Positions 14,111 to 22,505 are shown, counted from the first letter of the stretch. The stretch: DNA of 33,576 bases from a bacterium UBP12_UBA5184 (GCA_002413145.1 DHWK01000034.1:5732-39307); one strand, 5' to 3'. Notes: generated by a model from the sequence alone, not told the origin. Made by a program: numbers and translations.

Positions 14111-16108
14111 TCACCGCCGTTCGACAACGACCCGAAGCGAGGCCCGAGAAGGGTGCGCCCGGGGCCGATCACGATCGCCGACCGCCAGGGAGACGCGATG
14201 CTCGCCCGGGCCAATGCCCATGTCCAGCGTGTCAATCGTGGCCACAAACCCCGAATCCAAGAGATCGTCGTCGTGGAGCCGCAGGACGACGTCGGGTCGA
14301 GCGAGGCCATATCGCGCTCGGATCGGGCTCACCGGTGTTACACAAATGCCAATATCCTCGTGCAGTTCGCACGAGATGCCGTCGACGCGAATCTCAACCG
14401 AGCGCGCGGGTTTTCCGGTGCGTGAATCGATCGCCCAGCCATCGATCCGATAAGCTTCGCGGAAGCGAAGATGAAGCGGTTCGGTTTGCGGTTCGTAGAG
14501 ATTATATGGACCGATGCGCGTGATCCGCGCTTGGTATTCGACTTCATGAAGAACGACGGGCGGCCGGTAAAAACGCGCGTCGAGCGCGGCGAAACCGGCG
14601 AACGTCCCCGCAATCGAATACGCGACAAGTCCCGCACCGGCGGCGGTAGCAAGTAACCAGCGCGTTCGCCGTCGCCGAAATACTTGCGGCGCGTAGCGCG
14701 TCGCGCACAGAACGGCCGGCAGAATCAGCGGCAACCAGTACCGGCCTTGCTGCCCGAGCCCTCCGCCGGTCGAGATCAGGACCGCGAAGATCACGACGCC
14801 GAAGAGCAGGTAGCCATTCAGAATTACGTCGGACGCAAGCAGTTTTGCGGCCGCGAATCGCGAGCGCCGGCGCGCCACGTTCGCGAGCCTTCGCCAAACG
14901 AACAGCAGGCGCACGGCGACCAACACCGCGACCACCTGCGAGAGCAGCCCGATGAGCGTAAACACGAAATCGGTGAACGGCCCGAACTCGAAACGGTAGC
15001 CCGTCCATGAGATCATCCCCCAGTACGAGACGAAGGGGAGTCCGTAATAGAACGTCGTGCGCCATGCGTTTACGATCTGCTCGGCGACGTATCCGGCAAA
15101 GGGAATCAGACCCTTCGCCCACATGACGCCGAGCGGGTTGGCGTTGGCGGCGACGATCGCACCGACCTGATGGCCCAGGCCGTCGCTGATCCACAGCGCC
15201 GACAACGCGCCCAGCGCCGCGGGTCCGGCGACGAATGCGAGATACGACGCCCAACGCCTCGGCGAGTGCAGGGACGGCGCGCCGCGCAGCGTCCGATCGA
15301 CGAACGCCGGGAGCGCCGCGGCGACGAAGTATTGTGGTTTGGTCAGCACGAGCAGGCCGAGCGCGAGCCCGAGCCACAGGCCCGCCCGGAGCACGTCGGG
15401 CTCGCGCCGCAGCCGGAGTGAGAGATAGAACACGAGGGCGACCGCGGTGAATGCCAGGTTGTCGGACTGCACGTAGGCCGAGACCCACGTCGTGAGCGGA
15501 AACCAGGCGATCGCGGCCAGGAGGGCGAGGCGCAGATACACGTCGAGGCGCAGTTCGACGAGCGTCAGCCACGACAAGACGAGCGTGATTCCCAACAGCA
15601 CGACGTTGAACAGACGCGCCGCGAAGAATTCGGCGACGACCGAACCGCCGCTCAGCAGCGCGCCGGCGCCGATCGCGAGTGCGTCGAGCGCGTAATAGAG
15701 ATAGGGGTACTGCCGGGCTACCCACGGCGCCCGGCCGCCGTTCTGCGCGAGAAACGTCGCCGCAACGGGCGGAGCAGCCGACGCGAGCGACCCGTAATAC
15801 TCCCGCGTTCCATAGCCGGCCGGGACGCGGCCATCCGGGTTGTAGCGCATCGTCCGAAAACCACTGCGGTCTTCGAGATAGCGCACTGTCGGATGGACAT
15901 CGGTCGCCGGTCTTGCGTCACGCGCGAGGATCGGCGCGCGCGCCGTAAACAGCGTGAAGGCGTAGTCGGCGTGCGCGTTTTCGTCCGGCGACTGGAACAG
16001 CGGCACACGAAACACCCAGACGACCGCGAATGCAAGCCCGATCGCGATGATCGTGGCCGCAGCGATCCGCTCGTCCAGGGATCTGGCGCGGCCTTGCACG
16101 ACCGTCAT
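14111..16108 (-). CDS. Large polytopic membrane protein, DUF2142-like putative GT-C glycosyltransferase with a C-terminal extracytoplasmic beta-rich domain
   Basis: The likely start is the ATG at 16108 (MTVVQGRARSLDERIAAATIIAIGLAF...). The first loop carries SPDENAHADYAF, a PDExxH-type motif. At least 10 TMs follow. The ~150-aa C-terminal soluble domain has the pattern IDGWAID...VEIRVDG...RPDV...GF...GEHRVSL. The track ORF (to 16306) extends upstream of this ATG into the intergenic region and the 3' end of the glutaredoxin-like gene (16155-16406). Confidence 0.6.
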   Translation of the reverse strand: MTVVQGRARSLDERIAAATIIAIGLAFAVVWVFRVPLFQSPDENAHADYAFTLFTARAPILARDARPATDVHPTVRYLEDRSGFRTMRYNPDGRVPAGYGTREYYGSLASAAPPVAATFLAQNGGRAPWVARQYPYLYYALDALAIGAGALLSGGSVVAEFFAARLFNVVLLGITLVLSWLTLVELRLDVYLRLALLAAIAWFPLTTWVSAYVQSDNLAFTAVALVFYLSLRLRREPDVLRAGLWLGLALGLLVLTKPQYFVAAALPAFVDRTLRGAPSLHSPRRWASYLAFVAGPAALGALSALWISDGLGHQVGAIVAANANPLGVMWAKGLIPFAGYVAEQIVNAWRTTFYYGLPFVSYWGMISWTGYRFEFGPFTDFVFTLIGLLSQVVAVLVAVRLLFVWRRLANVARRRSRFAAAKLLASDVILNGYLLFGVVIFAVLISTGGGLGQQGRYWLPLILPAVLCATRYAPQVFRRRRTRWLLATAAGAGLVAYSIAGTFAGFAALDARFYRPPVVLHEVEYQARITRIGPYNLYEPQTEPLHLRFREAYRIDGWAIDSRTGKPARSVEIRVDGISCELHEDIGICVTPVSPIRARYGLARPDVVLRLHDDDLLDSGFVATIDTLDMGIGPGEHRVSLAVGDRDRPRAHPSRASLRVVVERR

Positions 16109-16154
16109 CTTTGGAGTGTCATTCACACGCCGACCGGCGCGTTCAGTAGACGGT

Positions 16155-16406
16155 TCAACCGCGCGCTGGTTCGCCCCAACCCGAGCGCAGGTACGTCCCG
16201 TCGACGACGATCGCCGGGACGGTCGGATCGCCTCCGGTGTAAGCGAACATGCGCTCGCGCTCCGCGCGATCGTTCTGCGCGTCGTGCACCTCGTACTCGA
16301 CGCCACAGCCGTCGTAGTACGCGCGCGCTTCGGCGCAATACGGACAGTCGGGCGAGACGTAGAGTTCGAGGCGCTGGTCGGGCCCGATGTCCCTGTAGTC
16401 GATCAT
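16155..16406 (-). CDS. Glutaredoxin/NrdH-like small thiol-disulfide oxidoreductase (CPYC)
   Basis: 83 aa: MIDYRDIGPDQRLELYVSPDCPYCAEARAYY...TVPAIVVDG. This gives a CPYC active site plus the TVP cis-Pro motif of the thioredoxin fold. The ATG at 16406 overlaps the upstream stop (ATGA). The longer track ORF (to 16571) lies inside the upstream gene. Confidence 0.75.
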   Translation of the reverse strand: MIDYRDIGPDQRLELYVSPDCPYCAEARAYYDGCGVEYEVHDAQNDRAERERMFAYTGGDPTVPAIVVDGTYLRSGWGEPARG

Positions 16407-17680
16407 GCACGTCCGCCTTTCGCCGGCGTCGCCGGAACTTCGGTGAGGGCACTCCAGATATCTCGCAGAAAGGACGCGACGTCCATCACCAGACCGATCG
16501 TCTGGGTCGTGCCGCGGTCGGTCAGCTTGGTCACGCTGGCCGGATTGATGTCGACGCAGATGACCTTGCACGTCGCCGGCAAGAGGTTGCCGACGGCGAT
16601 CGAGTGCAGCAGCGTTCCCACCAAGAGCGCCATCCCGATCTCCGGGACGTATCTGCGCATCGCACGCTGCGCTTCGACGGCGTCGGTGATCACGTCGGGG
16701 AGCGGTCCGTCGTCGCGAATCGAACCGGCGAGCACGACCGGGATTTTCTTCTTATACGCCTCGTACATGATGCCGCCGCGCAGCACGCCTGCATCGATCG
16801 CCTGCTGGATCCCCCCGAGCCCGCGGACGCGGTTGACCGCGCGCAGATGGTGGACGTGACCCTCTTCGACCGGGAAGGCGTCGCTCAAGTCGACGCCGAG
16901 CGACGTCCCGTAGAATTGCGACTCGATGTCGTGCAGGGCGAGTGCGTTGCCGGCGAAGAGCGCGTCGACATAGTCGTGCTTGATCAAGCGCTCGAGATAC
17001 TTGCCGGCGCCGGTGTGGACGATCGCTGGGCCGCCGACCAACAGGACGCGCTTGCCCTCGGCATGGGTCGCGACCAATTCGCGCGCGACCTCGCTCAAGA
17101 GCGACTCCTTCGGCTTCTCGCTCGAGACGGTCGACGACATAAACTCGAAGACCTGACGGCGGCGCGCGCGGTTGAGCGCTTGGACGCGCACGCCGCTGTG
17201 ACCGACGACGACGCGCTCGCCGGCGCGGACGTCGGGCGGCGCGACCGTCCGCGCACTCCCCTCGTCGACGACGATCGCACAGTCCATCTCCGGCAATGAA
17301 GCCGCGAGCCACCCCCCGTCGACCCGGACCTCCGTCTGGAGGTTGGTCGTGGCGTAAAACCCTTCGGGCAGAATGCCGTCGCGAGGAGCGGGTTCGGTCT
17401 CGGCGTCGGTATCGTCGGCGACGACGGCGCCGACGTCACGCAGCTTGTCGAGCAGATCGATCAAAGCGGCTTCGTGGTCGGCTTCGATCCGCAGCCGCGC
17501 CGTGCTCGCTTCGGTGGCGGTTTTGCCGACGTTGAAGTTGTCGATGGTGTAACGCGCGAACTCGTTGTCCATGATGATCTCGAGGACGCGTCCGAAGACG
17601 CCCGAGTCCAGAATGTGACCGCGCAGCTCGATCTCGCGGACGAACGCTTTTCCGCTCGCGTTCTTTGCAGGCTCCGCCAT
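16403..17680 (-). CDS. TIGR00300 / LOR-SDH conserved-region family protein (ornithine cyclodeaminase-like, function uncertain)
   Basis: From the ATG at 17680: MAEPAKNASGKAFVREIELRGHILDSGVFGRVLEIIMDN..FNVGKT...ARLRIEA, then a Rossmann-like C-terminal part (RVLLVGGPAIVHTGAGKYLERLI..., VLAGSIRDDGPLPDV). The family was recognised from memory. The upstream part of the track ORF (to 18022) is antisense to rsmI. Confidence 0.7.
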   Translation of the reverse strand: MAEPAKNASGKAFVREIELRGHILDSGVFGRVLEIIMDNEFARYTIDNFNVGKTATEASTARLRIEADHEAALIDLLDKLRDVGAVVADDTDAETEPAPRDGILPEGFYATTNLQTEVRVDGGWLAASLPEMDCAIVVDEGSARTVAPPDVRAGERVVVGHSGVRVQALNRARRRQVFEFMSSTVSSEKPKESLLSEVARELVATHAEGKRVLLVGGPAIVHTGAGKYLERLIKHDYVDALFAGNALALHDIESQFYGTSLGVDLSDAFPVEEGHVHHLRAVNRVRGLGGIQQAIDAGVLRGGIMYEAYKKKIPVVLAGSIRDDGPLPDVITDAVEAQRAMRRYVPEIGMALLVGTLLHSIAVGNLLPATCKVICVDINPASVTKLTDRGTTQTIGLVMDVASFLRDIWSALTEVPATPAKGGRA

Positions 17681-17693
17681 TAGCCTCACGTTC

Positions 17694-18530
17694 GTGCCGA
17701 CGCCGCTCGGCAACCTGCGCGACATCACGCTGCGCGCGCTCGACGTCTTGCGCGACTGCGCGCTCGTGGTCGCCGAGGACACGCGCGTCGCGCGTCGTTT
17801 GCTCGGCGCCCACGCGATCGCCGGAAAACGCATCCTCGGGTATCGCGAGCAGAACGCCGCGCGCGTTACGCCGGCGATCCTCGCTCGAGCAAAGCGCGAA
17901 CTCGTCGCCGTGACGACCGACGCCGGGATGCCGGGCCTTTCCGACCCGGGGCGCGAGCTGCTCGGGGCGGCGCGCGCGGCGGGGATCGAAGTCGAAGTTT
18001 TGCCCGGACCGGCCGCCTTCATCTGCGCCGCGGTGCTGTCGGGGTTTCCGCTCGAAGGTCTGGTGTTCGGTGGTTTTCTGCCGCGCGCGTCGGAGGCGCG
18101 CGCGCGGGCGTTGCAAAGCGCGCTCGAAACGGGGACGGCTCACGCGTGGTACGAATCGCCGCAGCGAATCGTCGCGAGCCTCGAGGTGCTGGCGAAGCTC
18201 GATCCGGCGGCGACGGTCTTGATCGCCCGCGAGCTGACAAAAGTGCACGAGCAACAGATCCTCGGGACGCCGGCGCAAGCGCTCGCGGCGCTGGAACGCC
18301 CGGTGCGCGGCGAGATCACCCTCGTGCTGGGGCCGCGCGACGCCGGCGCAGCGCGGCGCAACGGCGGGGATCTCGGCGCGGCGATCGAGGCCGCGCTCGA
18401 CGCCGGCCTCTCGGTCGCGGCGGCCGCGAAGATGCTCGCGCGCGAACGCGACGAGAACCGCAGCGAGCTCTATGCGCGCGTCGTGGAGCGCAAACGCGAC
18501 CGCTCGGGGAAGCGGCCGCGCGGGTCTTGA
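17694..18530 (+). CDS. rsmI: 16S rRNA (cytidine1402-2'-O)-methyltransferase RsmI
   Basis: (V)PTPLGNLRDITLRALDVL...VVAEDTR...TDAGMPGLSDPG...VLPGPAAFICAAVLSG...WYESPQRI...ARELTKVHE are tetrapyrrole-methylase-fold RsmI signatures. GTG start at 17694; see the finding on its N-terminus. Confidence 0.9.
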   Translation: MPTPLGNLRDITLRALDVLRDCALVVAEDTRVARRLLGAHAIAGKRILGYREQNAARVTPAILARAKRELVAVTTDAGMPGLSDPGRELLGAARAAGIEVEVLPGPAAFICAAVLSGFPLEGLVFGGFLPRASEARARALQSALETGTAHAWYESPQRIVASLEVLAKLDPAATVLIARELTKVHEQQILGTPAQALAALERPVRGEITLVLGPRDAGAARRNGGDLGAAIEAALDAGLSVAAAAKMLARERDENRSELYARVVERKRDRSGKRPRGS

Positions 18531-18541
18531 AGCTTAGCCGG

Positions 18542-20071
18542 GTGCCGACGGCCGAACGCCCTTTTTACGTCACGACGCCGATCTATTATATCAGCGGCAA
18601 CCCGCACCTCGGACACGCGTATACCTCGATCGCCGCCGACGTTTTGACGCGCTTCCATCGAACGCGCGGGAAGGCGTTCATGCTCACCGGTACCGACGAG
18701 CACGGCCAAAAAGTTGCGCAGGCCGCCGCCGCCGCCGGCCTCGCCCCGCAAGCCTGGACCGACGGGCTGGTCGGAAAGTGGAAGGAGCTGTGCGCGCGCT
18801 ACGAGGTCGAGTACGACGACTTCATCCGTACCACCGAGGAGCGCCATACCAAGGCCGTGGTCGCAGTCTTCGAACGGCTCAAGGAAAAAGGCGACGTCTA
18901 CCTCGGCAAGTATGAAGGCTGGTATTGCACTAACGACGAGACCTTTTGGCTCGAGGCGAAGCTCGTCGAAGGTCGCTGTCCGAACCCCGAATGCCGGCGC
19001 GAAGTGCAGTGGCTCTCCGAAGACAACTGGTTCTTCGCTCTTTCGAAGTACCGCGACCGGCTGCTCGCCTATTATAAGGAACGCCCGCACTGGGTTCGGC
19101 CCGAGCGCGCCTACAACGAGATGCTCTCGACCCTCGAAGGCGGGCTCGAAGATCTCTGCATCTCGCGCGTCAACCTCGACTGGGGCGTCCCGCTGCCGGG
19201 CGGCGGCGTCATGTACGTCTGGCTCGACGCCCTGCTCAACTACATCACCGCCCTGGGCTGGCCCGAGGGCGAGCGCTTTGGAGAATTCTGGCCGCCGGCC
19301 GTTCAGCTCGTCGGTAAAGAGATCGCGCGCTTTCACACGCTCATTTGGCCCGCGGTGCTGTGGGCGCTGGGGCTGCCGCTACCCGCCGTCGTCTTCGCCC
19401 ACGGTTGGATGACCAAAGACGGCGAGAAGATGAGCAAGAGCCGAGGCAACGTGATGGATCCCTTCGAATCGGCCGACCGCTTCGGGGCCGACGCGGTACG
19501 CTATTTCCTGTTGCGCGAGGCGCCCTTCGGCAGCGACTTCTCGATCGGCGACGAGAAGATTCGTCTGCGCCACAACGGCGATCTCGGTAACGATCTCGGC
19601 AATCTCGTGCGACGCAGCCTCGCGATGCTCGAGCGCTATCGCAACGGCCTCGTGCCGCAACCGCCCGACGCCTCGGAGATCGGCGAGCGCAGCGCCGACC
19701 TCGGCGAGCGGGTCGCACGACACCTGGGCGCGCTCGGCTTCCGCGATGCGCTGGAGGCGATCTGGGAATTGGTCGCCGCGCTCAACCGTGCGATCGACGA
19801 GCGTAAACCCTGGGAGTTACACAAAGCCGAGCGCGGCGTCGAACTCGACGCGATCCTCTACGATTGTTGCGAAGGCTTACGCTGGCTGGCCCATCTCTTG
19901 GCGCCCTTCATGCCGGCGAAGGCCGGCGAGATTTGGACCCAGCTCGGACTCGAAGGCGCACCCGCCGGCGATTGGCGCGACGAATTGCGATGGGGTGGTC
20001 TCGCCGCCGGAACGCAGACGCGACCCGCCGCCGCACCGCTCTTCCCGCGCATCGAACCCGACGCCGCCTAG
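18542..20071 (+). CDS. metG: Methionyl-tRNA synthetase (short form without a C-terminal tRNA-binding appendix)
   Basis: FYVTTPIYYISGNPHLGHAYT (HIGH-type motif), EKMSKSRGN (KMSKS motif) and a CPNPEC knuckle. The start is either the GTG at 18542 or the TTG at 18527, which overlaps the rsmI stop. The track ORF from 18146 is an out-of-frame overlap with rsmI. Confidence 0.9.
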   Translation: MPTAERPFYVTTPIYYISGNPHLGHAYTSIAADVLTRFHRTRGKAFMLTGTDEHGQKVAQAAAAAGLAPQAWTDGLVGKWKELCARYEVEYDDFIRTTEERHTKAVVAVFERLKEKGDVYLGKYEGWYCTNDETFWLEAKLVEGRCPNPECRREVQWLSEDNWFFALSKYRDRLLAYYKERPHWVRPERAYNEMLSTLEGGLEDLCISRVNLDWGVPLPGGGVMYVWLDALLNYITALGWPEGERFGEFWPPAVQLVGKEIARFHTLIWPAVLWALGLPLPAVVFAHGWMTKDGEKMSKSRGNVMDPFESADRFGADAVRYFLLREAPFGSDFSIGDEKIRLRHNGDLGNDLGNLVRRSLAMLERYRNGLVPQPPDASEIGERSADLGERVARHLGALGFRDALEAIWELVAALNRAIDERKPWELHKAERGVELDAILYDCCEGLRWLAHLLAPFMPAKAGEIWTQLGLEGAPAGDWRDELRWGGLAAGTQTRPAAAPLFPRIEPDAA

Positions 20072-20520
20072 CGGCGTTTGGCGATGAGGCGGCGTTCGAG
20101 CGACAGCGCGAGCTGCTGCTGCAACGCGGCGGCGTCGGCGTGCGCCGGATCGGCGATCGCAATCAAACTGTAGGTCCGGTTGCGATAGCGCAGACTCAGG
20201 CCGTGGCCTGCGAGTCTCCCCGGCGCGAAGTCGTCGTGGCGCGCGACGACGAACAGCATCCCTTGCTTGTCGGAGTCGGTCGAGACGTACTGACAGACGG
20301 TGCCGTCGGTCGGACGCAAACGCATCGGCGCGCCGAACACCGCGCCGATTTCGCGTTCGGCGAAGATCGAACAGGGAATGCCCGCGAGGGTCTTGGACGG
20401 GTCGCGCGCCGGCGCGAACGCGAAGGTCAGGAAGAGCAGGACGAACGTCCCGAGCGCGAGGGAAGCGCGGATGAGTTCGTTGCGTTCTTCGCGCGCGCGC
20501 TCGCTGGAGGATTGAAACAT
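20068..20520 (-). CDS. Hypothetical membrane-anchored protein
   Basis: From the ATG at 20520: MFQSSSERAREERNELIRASLALGTFVLLFLTFAFAP..., one TM followed by a ~110-aa soluble domain with two Cys. No family was recognised. The coding call rests on ORF length and GC3-rich codon usage only. Confidence 0.45.
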   Translation of the reverse strand: MFQSSSERAREERNELIRASLALGTFVLLFLTFAFAPARDPSKTLAGIPCSIFAEREIGAVFGAPMRLRPTDGTVCQYVSTDSDKQGMLFVVARHDDFAPGRLAGHGLSLRYRNRTYSLIAIADPAHADAAALQQQLALSLERRLIAKRR

Positions 20521-20703
20521 GACACTCGCATTACACCACGCGCGCCGGCCTAGCGCATCCGACGTTTGTAGAAGCAACGGCGGGCGAATCGAGCGCGGAA
20601 GACCCGACGCTTGTGACATTCGTCAAAGGCTACGACCAAGGTCGCAGTTTTGTTTATACAAACGTCACAGCCGCCTTCTCGTATCCTTAGCGTTTGAACG
20701 ATG

Positions 20704-21612
20704 CTAAATGTCCACGCCGTGACGGCGCGCGTAATCGCGCATCTCGGGGCTTGCGTACGTGCCCGGCGCCAATTTGAAATCGGGATCGGGTCCGGGGACC
20801 GGGATGTGTTGACCCTCGCTTGCCGACATCGAGCCGTTGAAGGGGTCGCGGTTGGGCGGGAAGTGGATCGGCCACGGCATCGCCTGGCGTTCCAAATTTC
20901 CGTCGAACTTTTGAACGTTGCAGCTGACGTAATAGTAGTTGAAGCCGCCATGCTGCCACGACTTGAGCGGATCGCAAAGTCCCTGATAGCCTCGCATGTC
21001 GCTCGACGAACCGAGCATCTGCATGCGGTAACGGCGGTTCGCGGCCGGCGCTTGCCGCGGCACGGCGAGTGAATTGGTGTCGTTGCGCGCTTGCGCGATC
21101 GTGCGAGAAAGATCGCTCTCGATCCGTGAAAGTTCTTCTTGACTGAGCGACGGAACCGACGCTTGATGCGGGCGTCCCGTTCGTTCGGTCGGTTTCTGCA
21201 AGGCGGCGACGCGACGTTCGGGTAGCGCCGTCGGTTCCTGCGTCGGCGGCGCGCTTGGATTGGGTGGCGCGGGCTGCGCGCGCTTCGCCAATTCGTGCAC
21301 GATCCGAGAGGGCGCCGGTAACTCCGGCAACGTTTGAGGATTCGCAGGCGATTGGGGCGCGCGCGGCCGCGGAGGTTGCGCCTTCGGCTTTAGGGCGGGG
21401 ACGGGCTTGGGACGTTTGTCGAGCCGAATCGCGCTCGAGAGCATCACGACCTCCTGCTCCGGCGGCCGCAGAAACGGGAGGTGCACTTTCGCCAAGAGTC
21501 CCGTGCTTTGCACGTAGAAGAGCGCGCCGAGCAGGTGGACGACGATCGAGCCCAGGAGCGCGATGATGAGAAAACGCCGATCGCGGCGCTCGTCCTCGGC
21601 GCTCGTAATCAT
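20704..21612 (-). CDS. Membrane-anchored proline-rich protein with TonB-like N-terminal architecture and an unrecognised C-terminal domain
   Basis: N-terminal TM FLIIALLGSIVVHLLGALFYV contains an SxxxH pattern like the TonB anchor. A ~130-aa Pro/Ala/Gln-rich spacer follows (KPKPVPALKPKAQPPRPRAPQSP...). The C-terminal ~110 aa (YQGLCDPLKSWQHGGFNYYYVSCNVQKFDG...) do not resemble TonB_C. Confidence 0.5.
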   Translation of the reverse strand: MITSAEDERRDRRFLIIALLGSIVVHLLGALFYVQSTGLLAKVHLPFLRPPEQEVVMLSSAIRLDKRPKPVPALKPKAQPPRPRAPQSPANPQTLPELPAPSRIVHELAKRAQPAPPNPSAPPTQEPTALPERRVAALQKPTERTGRPHQASVPSLSQEELSRIESDLSRTIAQARNDTNSLAVPRQAPAANRRYRMQMLGSSSDMRGYQGLCDPLKSWQHGGFNYYYVSCNVQKFDGNLERQAMPWPIHFPPNRDPFNGSMSASEGQHIPVPGPDPDFKLAPGTYASPEMRDYARRHGVDI

Positions 21613-21677
21613 GCGGGCGAGCGCCCCGAGAGGCCGGACCTAAACTCGGGGTCCGACCCGGTCGAACCTCGAGATGG

Positions 21678-22478
21678 ATGCAGCCTGCCGTTAGCGTCGT
21701 CGTACGAGTCTTCAACGCCGAGCGCTATCTGCGCGAGGCGATCGATAGCGTCCTCGCGCAGAGTTTCGCCGATTTCGAATTGCTCGCGATCGACGACGGT
21801 TCGAGCGACGGCTCGCGCGCGATCCTCGAAGCGTTCGGCGACCCGCGGATTCGCATCCTGGGCCAACCCAACGGCGGAAAAATCGCCGCCGCCGCCCGCG
21901 GGCTGGGCGAGGCGCGCGGCCGCTACGTCGCGATCCTCGACGCCGACGATCGAGCCGCCCCCGAACGTCTTGCCCTTCAGGTCGCCTATCTCGACGCGCA
22001 TCCCGAAATCGTGCTCGTCGGTTCGGCGCTCGCCGTCATCGACGAACGCGGCGCGCCCGTCGGGATCCGCCGCTATCCGCAGGACGACGAAGCGTTGCGC
22101 AAAGAGATCACGATCTACAATCCGTTCGGACATTCGACGCTGACCTACCGCCGCGATGCGGCGCGCGCCGCCGGCGGCTACGATCCACGTTACGTGATCG
22201 AAGACTGGGACCTCAGCCTGCGCTTGATGCGTGTGGGTCGCGTTGCGAATCTCCCCGAAGTGCTGGCCGACTATCGGGTGCGGACCGCGCTCGATGCGCC
22301 GTTGGTCAAGCGGGTGCTGCGCGGCACGATCGCGGCCCGGGCGCTCGCGCACCAAACCTACGGATTCCCGCGCAGCCTGCGCAGCCTCGCCGTCGACGCC
22401 GGCCAGCGCGCGCTCTGCCTCGCGCCGGCGGCGCTGATCAACTGGCTCTGCTTCAAGGTCTTCTACCGTCGCGCTTAG
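21678..22478 (+). CDS. Glycosyltransferase family 2
   Basis: VSVVVRVFNAERYLREAIDSVLAQSFADFELLAIDDGSSDGS...YVAILDADD is the canonical GT2 N-terminal GT-A motif set. Confidence 0.8.
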   Translation: MQPAVSVVVRVFNAERYLREAIDSVLAQSFADFELLAIDDGSSDGSRAILEAFGDPRIRILGQPNGGKIAAAARGLGEARGRYVAILDADDRAAPERLALQVAYLDAHPEIVLVGSALAVIDERGAPVGIRRYPQDDEALRKEITIYNPFGHSTLTYRRDAARAAGGYDPRYVIEDWDLSLRLMRVGRVANLPEVLADYRVRTALDAPLVKRVLRGTIAARALAHQTYGFPRSLRSLAVDAGQRALCLAPAALINWLCFKVFYRRA

Positions 22479-22505
22479 GCGCGGCCGTGCTACCATCAGA
22501 CCCGG

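Noticed and set aside
14544-17299. ORFs 14544-15725 (minus, 393 aa) and 15893-17299 (plus, 468 aa)
   Set aside because: They are off-frame or antisense shadows of the DUF2142-like and TIGR00300-like genes, with low-complexity Arg-rich translations.
18146-18526. 5' extension of the metG track ORF
   Set aside because: It overlaps rsmI out of frame, and its Arg/Gly/Ala-rich translation is unlike MetRS. MetRS motifs begin right after 18542.
20061-20077. ACGCCGC-CTA-GCGGCGT hairpin spanning the shared CTAG where the convergent metG and 20068-20520 stop codons overlap
   Set aside because: The stem is 7 bp with a 3-nt loop and only a weak T-tract. It is probably incidental. It is noted only because the two stops overlap.
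20521-20703. 183-bp intergenic gap screened for a tRNA or small RNA
   Set aside because: I saw no cloverleaf-compatible arms or T-loop consensus (GTTCGAATC-like). It is more simply the promoter/leader of the downstream orphan gene.
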